Shown here piece after piece: positions 20,182 to 29,127 of a stretch of 64,000 bases of DNA (position 1 is the stretch's first letter; each line of letters begins with the position of its first letter). The stretch comes from a virus. Location: the IMG/VR virus record IMGVR_UViG_3300031566_000009, positions 1 to 64,000 of that record. The stretch is one strand, 5' to 3'. The translations under genes were made by a program, and so were the position numbers. The notes beneath the pieces are model-generated. The model was not told the origin of the DNA. It saw only the letters and a program-made list of their open reading frames with translations, and made no database searches.

Positions 20182-20408
20182 TTTAACTTTCCCAAACGCT
20201 CTAGCAATTCTTGTAAGTTCTTCATAAGCACGGCGACTTTATCCTCAAGGGGCAACGATTCGTAGATAAAGTATTCCTGCAAATGCCTCGTGTGCGCTTC
20301 TCTAACGAAGGCTGCCCGCGAAGCAATTTTTCCCTGATCTACTAAGTCGCCAGTCTTACGCCAACTTTCAATATCGACTCCTATCATTCGCTGCATAATT
20401 CTTTTCAT
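20172..20408 (-). CDS. Ribbon-helix-helix transcriptional regulator
   Basis: IGVDI...DLVDQG..ASRAAFVREA (CopG/Arc-like). Confidence 0.65.
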   Translation of the reverse strand: MKRIMQRMIGVDIESWRKTGDLVDQGKIASRAAFVREAHTRHLQEYFIYESLPLEDKVAVLMKNLQELLERLGKLNCS

Positions 20409-20653
20409 AGTTTCTCCTCAATAGACACTATTTCATTCAAGTAATCTCTAACAAGCCGCTGAACTAACCTTGTATGCTTTTCCGCAAATTCCCATTGCCT
20501 AGTTGCTGGATTCCAAGTTCTCTCCCAAGATGGAATTCTCTCCTTGATTTGCTCGATCAACTCAGGATCATAGTCACACTCTAAGACAATTATCGATCCA
20601 ACCTTTCTGAGTGATGCACCGCTTCTCCAATCTCGACTAAAATTCATCGACAC
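20405..20653 (-). CDS. Stand-alone HARP-like domain protein
   Basis: YDPELIEQIK.RIP...RTWNPATRQWEF pattern. Confidence 0.6.
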   Translation of the reverse strand: MSMNFSRDWRSGASLRKVGSIIVLECDYDPELIEQIKERIPSWERTWNPATRQWEFAEKHTRLVQRLVRDYLNEIVSIEEKL

Positions 20654-21210
20654 AACCGATCAGCCCAATCCTTGTGCCCTTTCAAGCGCAGATAAGCACC
20701 ACAAACAGCACCACCGAAACTCTCTTTATCGAATTGTCGCAGGAACGGATGGATAGCAGAAGAGCACAACCATTTCAAGTTGTTAGCACTCCAGGTCAAA
20801 TAGAAGTCTGGGGACTCTCCACTACAAGGCTCATTCATCTCCTTGAGAAGGTCGGGCCACATTATGGTTTCCCACGGTGGTAAGTGTCCGCGAACATCGC
20901 AAGTACAAGTGCCTTCTGAATTCCTCAACTCCCAGAGCAGGGGCCGAAAAGGGTAGTCTTCTGGAAGACGCCTCCAGCCTTTACATAATGACACAGCCTC
21001 GTCATAGTCCTGTGGCTCATAGACAACTTCGGCACAGGTTTGTGGCTCACCGATTTCTCCTCTCAAAATAGACTTGGCAATCCGTGCCAATTCTTCGCGT
21101 AAACAACAATTCTCCTCCTGCCCACGCTCAACAAGTTGAGCTAACTCTTTGAGCCAATTCGCCCAAAGCGTGTCAGTATAGGGCACTCGTTCACTAAGTT
21201 TTGTCGTCAC
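20644..21210 (-). CDS. Hypothetical protein (KLSERVP N-terminus shared with 29529-29960)
   Basis: AGGAGG RBS; modular similarity to other early genes. Confidence 0.65.
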   Translation of the reverse strand: MTTKLSERVPYTDTLWANWLKELAQLVERGQEENCCLREELARIAKSILRGEIGEPQTCAEVVYEPQDYDEAVSLCKGWRRLPEDYPFRPLLWELRNSEGTCTCDVRGHLPPWETIMWPDLLKEMNEPCSGESPDFYLTWSANNLKWLCSSAIHPFLRQFDKESFGGAVCGAYLRLKGHKDWADRLCR

Positions 21211-21437
21211 TTTTCCTCCTTAGAATACCTCAATCGCTATTGGTGGCAACAAGGCTACTTCCCCACATTGTGGACAACGAACCTCCGCCCAATCATCTGA
21301 TGTGATACCCAAGAGTATCCACCAGCAAAACTTGCATCGACGGCAGGAAAATCTAACCGATGGATGTGGCAAGGAAAACGGGCACGTCATCGCTCCAGGC
21401 CAGGTTTGAATCCCATAAGCGATTATCAAGAATCCCT

Positions 21438-21815
21438 CTATTTCCCCTGTAACATATTAATCAGTCGCTGCATCGCATAGTATTCAGGAACGGATAGATA
21501 AGAAACTGCGGAGGTAATCAAGATGGCGAACAAGACCGCAAATAGAGCAAAAAGGAAAAGGCCAGTTGCTACGAAGTCATTTGCAGAATTCGTCTCCCTG
21601 CAATGCTCACGATCACATTTCCTTTGAAGACCAAGCCCATGAAAACCTACTTTGAGAGAAACCAATGCTCCTAGAAAGGTAACTACAGCCCAAACTAGAC
21701 AAGTGTAGCCTTGAACGATGATATTACGCACTGTGATGATCCACACTTGTTGAGCAGCGGGAGAAATCATTTGACCGATTCGCTCTAGCAAAGAAACTAC
21801 CCCTTCAGGGTTCAT
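21438..21815 (-). CDS. Two-helix membrane protein translationally coupled to Ro60
   Basis: ATG overlaps the Ro60 stop; two hydrophobic segments. Confidence 0.7.
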   Translation of the reverse strand: MNPEGVVSLLERIGQMISPAAQQVWIITVRNIIVQGYTCLVWAVVTFLGALVSLKVGFHGLGLQRKCDREHCRETNSANDFVATGLFLFALFAVLFAILITSAVSYLSVPEYYAMQRLINMLQGK

Positions 21816-23497
21816 CACGCCTCCTTTGTTGGTTCCTCTATAAACTGCTGGATGACCTGCGGACAAGCGGAATCAAAACCTACCACATCTAGCATTCCAA
21901 CATCATTTGGATCGGCGATGGTAAAGCCCTCACTGGTCATACCCACGGTGATTAGTTTTGCTGGGATTCCAGTTTCACGGCGGTATTGCTTCAACGCCTG
22001 CACTGGATGAATATCCCCAGCCCAAGTTTCGTTGTCTGTGTAGACGATGAAACAATCTGCGGGAACGACATCGCGCTTTTGCTGCACCTGCGGTTGCAGT
22101 TGGCGACTCCAATAACGAGGGTAACGAGTACAATAAACATCTAAACCTAAAGCCCACAGCATAGGCAATGCACAGTCAGTGCCTCCAAAGGCAAGCCCGC
22201 CAAACTTCCTGACTACATCGTCGAGACGCTCTCGCGGTGAGACCTCGATAGGAACCATCGTATCAGAGAAGGCCACCACTGTATAGTTTGGCTCGGTTCG
22301 AGCAGTTACCATAGCCATAGCTGCTGCTGCCTCACGTACCGTCAGTGGACTATCGCCCATAGAAGAGGTCATACTTCCAGAGACATCCACGGCCAAGACG
22401 AAACGTTTCCCAGTTGGCTTTACGTTTTGGAAACTCTCATAGAAGGCAGCATCGAGAGCATCCACAACTTGCGAGACTGGTTGCCACTTCAGATTTCCTC
22501 TAGCCCCGTGGCCTGCAGCATAGGTGCGCATTCCCAATAGGATAGTAAATGGGTGCAATCTGGAACGGCTTAGAGCTTCAACATCAGAGAATCTCTGCAC
22601 TACATACTTTGATGTTTCACTAAGGGGGGCGAGTAGTCCAATGTCACTCAACCTACCAAGGTTACGCATCAATGCCCAAAGGGGAGTATTAGGCAACAAG
22701 ACTTCCCAAACCTTTGGGGAGCGCAACCACTTGGTATCAAGAGCTTCCCAAGGCAACTTACAATCGCTAACCAGCCGCACGATCTCCTTCGCATCATCAG
22801 TGATGGATGCCAGCTCGTAGCCGACCACGAACTTCTGCCACTGCTCTCCTGTATCTACAACGGTCATCAACCACTCTTTGCCATGACAGATCCAATCCAA
22901 AAGAATTTTATGTGCGGCGGAGTTCGTCTCAGGATGGCTCAATCGCAGCAAGTCACGGTGAGTCCAACCACCTCGCTGTCGATACTTCACCAATTGATAG
23001 GCCAAGTTTTCAGCCGATTTCTCGGTATACCACGAGCCTACAGCATCACGTAGTCCTCTACCCCAGCCACGAAAGGCTTGGATATAAGTAGCAAAGGTGA
23101 ACAAATAGGTTCCTGTGCGGGCTACCCGATTCAACGAATGCAATGCAGCGGATCTCGTCTTTGCATCACCCAGTCCAGCACACATAGCTAAGACGAATAG
23201 GGCAGGATCGTTCTTTGGTGCTCTACCAGACTCGGAGATTTCTACGACCTGCTTTACAACGCGCTCGCCGTCGGCATTGATGCAACGGAGCACCGCCTCT
23301 GCATTTTCCCGCGTCAGCTTATGCTCCTTTACATAATATGTACCACCTTCGGCTCCCAAGATCAGAAACCTGTCGAGACGCTTCCAGTCGTCTACATCCC
23401 AGACATAGCCACCAGCCTCGTTGACGGCCATATCTGCTCTACCTGGAATCGGCTCCTTCTGAGAAGTCTTTCGGACATTGAAGTGTCTTTGATACAT
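21815..23497 (-). CDS. rsr: Ro60/TROVE RNA-binding protein (Rsr ortholog) with vWA domain
   Basis: NEAGGY, RLDRFLILGAEGGTYY, GWGRGLR, KYRQRGGWTHRDLLRLSHP, MIDAS DVSGSM, GGTDCALPM, YTDNETW, LDVVGFD; AAAGGAGG RBS. Confidence 0.97.
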   Translation of the reverse strand: MYQRHFNVRKTSQKEPIPGRADMAVNEAGGYVWDVDDWKRLDRFLILGAEGGTYYVKEHKLTRENAEAVLRCINADGERVVKQVVEISESGRAPKNDPALFVLAMCAGLGDAKTRSAALHSLNRVARTGTYLFTFATYIQAFRGWGRGLRDAVGSWYTEKSAENLAYQLVKYRQRGGWTHRDLLRLSHPETNSAAHKILLDWICHGKEWLMTVVDTGEQWQKFVVGYELASITDDAKEIVRLVSDCKLPWEALDTKWLRSPKVWEVLLPNTPLWALMRNLGRLSDIGLLAPLSETSKYVVQRFSDVEALSRSRLHPFTILLGMRTYAAGHGARGNLKWQPVSQVVDALDAAFYESFQNVKPTGKRFVLAVDVSGSMTSSMGDSPLTVREAAAAMAMVTARTEPNYTVVAFSDTMVPIEVSPRERLDDVVRKFGGLAFGGTDCALPMLWALGLDVYCTRYPRYWSRQLQPQVQQKRDVVPADCFIVYTDNETWAGDIHPVQALKQYRRETGIPAKLITVGMTSEGFTIADPNDVGMLDVVGFDSACPQVIQQFIEEPTKEA

Positions 23498-23512
23498 CGA
23501 TCCTCCTTTGAA

Positions 23513-23656
23513 TCGGGCGTGTTATTGCAAGTGGATTTTAGTATGCCAAATTCAGAACGCTTCTTGTACCTTGCCTGCTGTTTGCCTTTGCTGCTTGGAA
23601 AAGAGACGTTATGAATTTTGTCTTTACTTTACGATAACCCACCTACTTCGGCCCGA
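23513..23656 (-). ncRNA. Y RNA-like RNA 3 (~144 nt, long internal hairpin)
   Basis: 5' UCGGGC-C-GAA-GUAGGUGGG-UUAUC pairs with 3' UCCACUUGC-AAUAACAC-GCCCGA; ends just before the Ro60 RBS. Confidence 0.85.
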
Positions 23657-23659
23657 ATT

Positions 23660-23781
23660 GGTTGGGGGCTGGACTCGAACCAGCGACCTCTTCCTTAACA
23701 TGGATAACCGTCGAACCTCGACCCTTGCAGATATGTTATGCCCAACGGGTTTAGTGCTCTACCAACTGAGCTACCCCAACC
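23660..23781 (-). ncRNA. tRNA-Y RNA chimera (RNA 2): tRNA body with a permuted Ro60-binding stem replacing the anticodon arm
   Basis: Acceptor GUUGGGG/CCCCAAC, D arm GCUC-AGUUGGUA-GAGC, T arm GCUGG-UUCGAGU-CCAGC; insert CCGUUGGGC-AUAACAU-AUCU-GCAA-GGGU-C-GAG-GUUCGACGG-UUAUC. Confidence 0.85.
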
Positions 23782-23786
23782 ACGAC

Positions 23787-23847
23787 GGTGGACGTGTCTT
23801 TGTTCGTGGGATCTTCCTATATGATAACCCATAAACTCCGGCCCACC
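23787..23847 (-). ncRNA. Y RNA-like RNA 1 (minimal, ~61 nt)
   Basis: 5' GGUGGGC-C-GGA-GUUUAUGGG-UUAUC pairs with 3' CCCACGAAC-AAAGACAC-GUCCACC; starts about 8 nt after a -10 box. Confidence 0.85.
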
Positions 23848-23855
23848 TGAACCAT

Positions 23856-23884
23856 ATAGTAGCACAATGTCAACGATTTGTCAA
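23856..23884 (-). promoter_or_regulatory. Sigma70-type promoter for the Y RNA-Ro60 operon
   Basis: TTGACA-17 bp-TACTAT with extended -10 TG. Confidence 0.85.
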
Positions 23885-24484
23885 ATTCGCCAAATGCTCC
23901 TCAAGTCTCTTTTCAGCCTTAGCATAAGTCTCATCAGATGATTCAATACCGATGAAGGATCGATCTGTATCAAGACAAGAAATACCCACAGTGCCAGCAC
24001 CCATCAAGGGATCGAGAACGACGCCATCTGGAGGAACAAATCGTATACAATACTGCGCCCAAGATAAACTCTGTTGCCAATGATGCAATCCCTTCTCTGG
24101 TGAAGGGCATTCAAAACCATCGGTGACGAAACCTCTTCCCTGTGGCCAAGCCTCCTTAACCCACCAAACCACAGGCTTCCACAAGACTTCCATACCCATC
24201 GCCATTCTAGGATGTGGCCCTTTGGCTTGCCACATACAAAGTATCCAACGATACTTTAGATGCTTTCCTACCGCTTCCAGAATCGTTGGCAGTGCATAAT
24301 GAGGAGTGATAGCGATAAAACTACCACCCCGTTTGAGGATTCGTTTGGCTTCTGTTGCTATAGCCTCATAAAGATAGAGAAACTTCTTTGGATATGGAGG
24401 ATCTGTGATTATGGCGTCGATAGAGTCACTGGAGAAATCTCGTAGAATTTCCAAGCAGTCTCCTTTATAGAGTTTTATTGTCAT
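23870..24484 (-). CDS. N6A/N4C DNA methyltransferase (beta class, compact)
   Basis: GDCLE, ITDPPY and LDPLMGAGT motifs. Confidence 0.88.
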   Translation of the reverse strand: MTIKLYKGDCLEILRDFSSDSIDAIITDPPYPKKFLYLYEAIATEAKRILKRGGSFIAITPHYALPTILEAVGKHLKYRWILCMWQAKGPHPRMAMGMEVLWKPVVWWVKEAWPQGRGFVTDGFECPSPEKGLHHWQQSLSWAQYCIRFVPPDGVVLDPLMGAGTVGISCLDTDRSFIGIESSDETYAKAEKRLEEHLANLTNR

Positions 24485-24894
24485 TTCAATCCCTCCAAAC
24501 ATTCCTTCGCAAACCGATAATTAGTGCTCTCCTGTGCAAAGCTCCTCATAACTTCTTTGAGCAACGACGTATCCTTGATACAACTAATCGCAACCTGTCT
24601 AACCTGCCAATCATCGTCGGTAAATATGACTTCCATCAAGGTTTCCTTGTCTCGAATGAACATCAAAGACGCCCTTCGGAGGTATGAATCGGGATCTCCT
24701 AAGACGATCTTGGTCGCAAGCTCTGGATCGTCTAATTCGATTAGTGCTCTGCCTCGTGCTTGGCGAGTCTGCTTCTGACTACACGCCAAACCTCTCAGAG
24801 CATCTTGTCTCCTGATGTTTCGCATAGCTGCTCGCACAGCACAAGGCTTGCAGAAATCGACGAATTCCTTGCCACAGGTTTTACAGAGTTTCAT
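24481..24894 (-). CDS. Zn-ribbon plus HEAT-like repeat protein
   Basis: CKTC...CKPC then D.D..(L/V)R..A helical repeats. Confidence 0.55.
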   Translation of the reverse strand: MKLCKTCGKEFVDFCKPCAVRAAMRNIRRQDALRGLACSQKQTRQARGRALIELDDPELATKIVLGDPDSYLRRASLMFIRDKETLMEVIFTDDDWQVRQVAISCIKDTSLLKEVMRSFAQESTNYRFAKECLEGLK

Positions 24895-25377
24895 CGAATA
24901 GCTTTATCACTGGTGCAATTGCCCTTTGTGTAATGATATCCGCTGCCTTTACGAGAGCTTTTTCTATGGCGTCGTTCAACGCTTCTTTTTCATGTCCTAG
25001 AAACGTAAAGGGGTATCCAGTTATCTCTTGAACCATAATATCATGGCTGCCGTCATTGACGACAACCTTGACGTAAGAGAGCGAGTTTTGTTGAAAGGAA
25101 TCGATCACCGAAATTCGTGGATCACCTCGTAAATATAGCTCCCATAACACACTGTTTAATCTAGACATTTTTTACCTCCAATCGTAGAAATTCCCAAGCA
25201 TCTTCACACGTCCAATCACATGACGGGCTTGGACAGTAGATCGAGTTGATTCGATCTCCCGCTCGCACACCTGTATCGCCGAATACAAAGTGGGCGAGTC
25301 CACTTTCATCAACCTCACCTTTCGCTTGAACGTCCACGAACGTTAGCGTCACCATAAGTCGCAACTCAGTGTCACAG

Positions 25378-25881
25378 TTAGGACATTTCAGTATCATCTA
25401 TTTCCCCTTCCCCATTGCATCTGGGACAACCGATGCTTCCATATCCATCGGCGTGAAGAACGCCCTCACCGTAGCAGGAGGGACACTCTTTATTAAGGCA
25501 CTTCAACTGGCTCTCATCGAAGGTGGGGTAGATGATTTCTCCTTTTACTGCCTGGCATTTTCCACCGAAGTAGTACTCCTTCCAAAGATCATCTGATTCC
25601 TGACCACTACCCCATAAAGTAAAAAGCACATTGGGGAAGGCAACAGATAATTCGATCATGTCCTCTTGGTGTTTATACCAGGTAAGGTCGCTACCTTCAC
25701 CAATCCAGACGCTCTTTAAATCTGACCAACCATACCCCCGTGCGGCGTCTTCAATGAAATCCTGAATGGCTTTGGCTCTACTTCCATCAATAAAGCGAGA
25801 CCAATCGTCTGCATTAGGGTCCAATTGATAATTTGTATAGTACCTCATCTCGTCCCCTCTCCGAAGTCGATTCTTCCTCAA
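25378..25881 (-). CDS. Hypothetical protein with C-terminal CxxCxGxG zinc finger
   Basis: WY.H..DM..LS..FP.VLF.L.G.G motif; CPSCYGEG...CPRCNGEG. Confidence 0.7.
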   Translation of the reverse strand: MRKNRLRRGDEMRYYTNYQLDPNADDWSRFIDGSRAKAIQDFIEDAARGYGWSDLKSVWIGEGSDLTWYKHQEDMIELSVAFPNVLFTLWGSGQESDDLWKEYYFGGKCQAVKGEIIYPTFDESQLKCLNKECPSCYGEGVLHADGYGSIGCPRCNGEGEIDDTEMS

Positions 25882-26427
25882 AACCCCATCTCAAAAAACG
25901 ACCACATAAAAGCAAGTGCAATTATCTTGGACATAAGCTTCAAGAGTAAGGGATAGCGAGTATGCAGAGACCTGTAAACACGGAAAAGATAAACAGTGGC
26001 CAAGAAAATTCGCTATCTCTACTAGAAACAATCCTAAACCAAGTCGAGAAAATCCAAAATATTGAAACAACTTTTACTAGACTACTCATCTTCTTCTCCA
26101 ATCGGCCAGTAGCCAATATCGTTAGCATCCTTTGGGTTTTCACCAAAGAAGTAACCTTCTGGAGATAGGTCGTCTAGAGCGTCCCAATAAATAACATTCA
26201 CCAACTCACCAGCTACCTGAGAAAGCTCTTCGGGTGGCTCCCATTCATCATCTGTCCAATGAGAAGGATTTTTCAATGAATCAAAGACTTCCGAGAATTC
26301 CCAACGAAGTTCTTCCCCCTTTTCTGGCCAATAGTAATCGAGAAAAGCAGCGAACGTCTTGATCAATTCCGCGTCACTTATCGATCCTCTCGACACTGTG
26401 CCAACGAAATCTACTGGTGTAGGCATT

Positions 26428-26913
26428 TCAGGCTCCTTTTTCACCTAAAGTGATGATTTGTTTGAGCATCTTAATAGACAATTTATCTAAAGGAATCAAT
26501 TCTCCTAAATAATCATGACCCCACTTACCATCATACTTCCAAGCTCCCCATACACCATCACACTTCCAAGTATCCTCTTGAGGAAGAAACCAAACATCCT
26601 CTCCGATAAAAACCGTATATCTGGGGTACTCTGCCGAATCACCATAGTCCCAGGCTTTTACAGTGGCAAAGAAGTTTCGATGTTCTGAAAGGAGATTCGA
26701 GATAGTCTTAGTCATCTCCTGCATCCTTTCATATTCTCCTTTGTGAAATTTAATTTCGTGCAAGGTGACTTTGGAGTTACGGTATTCTAGCGACCCATCG
26801 ACCTCCTCGACTAAGCCATCATCAAGGAGTTTGAATGCCGCCTTTACATCAGAAGCCTCAGCTTCACAGAAACGGGAGTAATTACCGGACTCAATAAAAC
26901 GATAAATAGGCAT
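26428..26913 (-). CDS. Two-module hypothetical protein (MPIYRF.ESG module plus TV.AWD.GD module)
   Basis: N-half resembles 27991-28269, C-half resembles 26844-27242. Confidence 0.7.
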   Translation of the reverse strand: MPIYRFIESGNYSRFCEAEASDVKAAFKLLDDGLVEEVDGSLEYRNSKVTLHEIKFHKGEYERMQEMTKTISNLLSEHRNFFATVKAWDYGDSAEYPRYTVFIGEDVWFLPQEDTWKCDGVWGAWKYDGKWGHDYLGELIPLDKLSIKMLKQIITLGEKGA

Positions 26914-27388
26914 TTTTCCTCCTCGTCTAGAGAAATGATTTTCCTGAGCACCTTGATTGGCAGTTCATCCAAAGAGAGAGGTTTTCCAAAGTAGTCCTTT
27001 GGAGTCCACCACCAATTTTCTAGCCAATCTCCTCCACATTCACAAATCTCATCAGGAGAATCAGGCATAAACCAAATCAGATCTCCGATGGCGACTGTAT
27101 ACCGACCCATCGCCAAGTCACCATCGTCCCAAGCCTGCACAGTGCAGAATAGTTCAGCATACTCTAAGAGGATGGTTTCAATTGCGGTCATATTTCTCTT
27201 TTTCGTGATGCCAAGCGAATTTGAAGACTTCACCAAAGACAACTGTTGTCGCCACGAAAGATGGCATACGACGGTCAGGTTCTAGACCATAAGGATCACG
27301 TAGCACTAAGTCAGGTTCTGCCTCGATCACAGCCCATAAGCTTTGTGTTGAAGGATGTATCAAGACATCGCCAACTTGGAAACCCTTT

Positions 27389-27979
27389 TTAGGCATCTAG
27401 ACTATCTTTGAGTGCCCGAATCCACTCAGTCCGCTCCTTGGCCCGATCCAATTCCTCTCGATAACCTTTAGCATTGTATTCTATATCTGCCAAACAACAG
27501 GTCAACCTCTTATGTCTGTAGTCTGCGCTACTGAGTTGCCGTGGTTCTGAAAAATCTGTACTGCAATCAAATTTTATGCTCTCTTGTAACTGCTTGATCA
27601 TAAAATCTTTCAATCCTTGATGCTCCTCGGTAGGAGGTAGCCAAGCCCTCGCCTTCTCCAGCATCGCATTGTAGCGACTTAGTAGCACAGTATTCTTTTC
27701 TGTTGCCTCTTGACGCCGCCGCATCTTTTTCACATAATCTGCTATAGTTGCTTCCTTCCAAGTATCGTCACTCCAAGACTCCATCGTAACCAAGGACTCA
27801 AGAGATTCTTGGAGCCGTTTTAGCTGCCATATAGAAGGCTCTATTTGGTCAGGAATTGATTCGTCTAACGACGCATCTCTCATAGAGGCGAAAGCACCGA
27901 AGGCTCTTGCGCAGCTAAATAGGAAATCACGAAACGTTACTTCACCTTCACAAATGGCAGCGGTATATCCAGTAGGCAT
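27389..27979 (-). CDS. Phage hypothetical protein (MPTGYT N-terminus)
   Basis: MPTGYTA...F..F...CARAFGA...MRD and W.PPT.EH..LK.FM..QL..S pattern; GGAGG RBS. Confidence 0.75.
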   Translation of the reverse strand: MPTGYTAAICEGEVTFRDFLFSCARAFGAFASMRDASLDESIPDQIEPSIWQLKRLQESLESLVTMESWSDDTWKEATIADYVKKMRRRQEATEKNTVLLSRYNAMLEKARAWLPPTEEHQGLKDFMIKQLQESIKFDCSTDFSEPRQLSSADYRHKRLTCCLADIEYNAKGYREELDRAKERTEWIRALKDSLDA

Positions 27980-28284
27980 TTCCTAACCTCCTAAGTTGGT
28001 GGTTGTTTTCTCGTTTCGTCCTTGTTCTCTACCATTACTCCAACAGGATGGTCACAAGAGTCGATAATCAATATAGGGCTTTCGTCTATCACCTCTTGAA
28101 GCTCAGAGTAGGGATCATAATATTGCAATGAACTCTCAATCTCCTCTCCCTCACCATCACCGATGAGTTCACGGGCTTCTTCTTCGTTTTCGGCTCTTAC
28201 CTCGACTAAGACAGAGAAAGTGCCTGATTCAGAGAAACGATAGATCGGCATTTTATTCGCCTCCCTCAAGACTTAGTTTCCATT

Positions 28285-28313
28285 ATTGTAGTACAATCAC
28301 TATGATTTGTCAA
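28285..28313 (-). promoter_or_regulatory. Sigma70-type early promoter
   Basis: TTGACA-17 bp-TACAAT. Confidence 0.8.
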
Positions 28314-28728
28314 ATTTCAGATTGATGAAAACCATACAGTCTAAGTCTCGTGTCAAGTTCTCTTGGATGTCTCGTAGCGTCTCCAGGAGGTCAGGATTGG
28401 TGCAGTAGATGTTGAATCGCACATACTCTGGCTTGGCGAGGTCGTCGCGCACGACGAACTCAGTAACCTCGTGGACGCCAGGAAGGGCCTCGATAGCGGC
28501 CTTAGCTTCAGCCAGGGTCATCTTGCTTCTCCCAAGCCCAAAGTCTTGAGAATGCGTTCTGCATGTTCCTTTATTGCCTCTTCGTCTCCGATAACTACCG
28601 AGGAATAACCAGGCCAATCTTTCTCAATTGACTCCCAGAAAGCATGGGCCTTCGATATGGCCTGTTCCCCATCCACGAATGACCATCTCACGACTTCGGT
28701 CTGATAGTTCACGGTCAACAAGACTGCC

Positions 28729-29127
28729 TTAGCCATCTTGCGCCTCCTCCTGAGCGTCCAGCCATGCCTCGATTGCCAGACAGATGGCCTCGCGCAGAGT
28801 AGGCGCAAAGGCCAAAGTTTCAGGCGCATCGGGATTCCCAAGGGCACACATATAGCCGCGTAGCCGCTTTGGTGTCGCACGTTCCAGCGTATATCCTACA
28901 CCTGGATATTTATCCGCAACTGTATCCAGCGCCTCCAGTGCCTGTTCCACGTCGAGATGGGGCTGCCAGCCTGGAATCAAATGCACACTAACGGGGCAAC
29001 CGGACTCATCGACTGACCACCAGAACAAGCGTTTGTGCCACCCCATCACTTCTCGCGCAAGCCGCTCGTCCAGGGCCTGCCACTCGGCGTCACTCTTGGG
29101 CATCTTGTTGCTCCTCCTCCTGAGCAT
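28729..29127 (-). CDS. Phage ABA-sandwich (BC1872-like) domain protein, copy 1
   Basis: LDERLAREVMGW...WQPHLDVEQAL...AICLAI. Confidence 0.65.
   Translation of the reverse strand: MLRRRSNKMPKSDAEWQALDERLAREVMGWHKRLFWWSVDESGCPVSVHLIPGWQPHLDVEQALEALDTVADKYPGVGYTLERATPKRLRGYMCALGNPDAPETLAFAPTLREAICLAIEAWLDAQEEAQDG

Noticed and set aside
23660-23781. Ordinary or intron-containing tRNA gene
   Set aside because: No anticodon stem can be formed, the insert is far too short for a group I intron, and it carries the same motif as the flanking Y-like RNAs
23508-23834. 108-aa plus-strand ORF
   Set aside because: Antisense to the three RNA genes, no RBS, implausible composition
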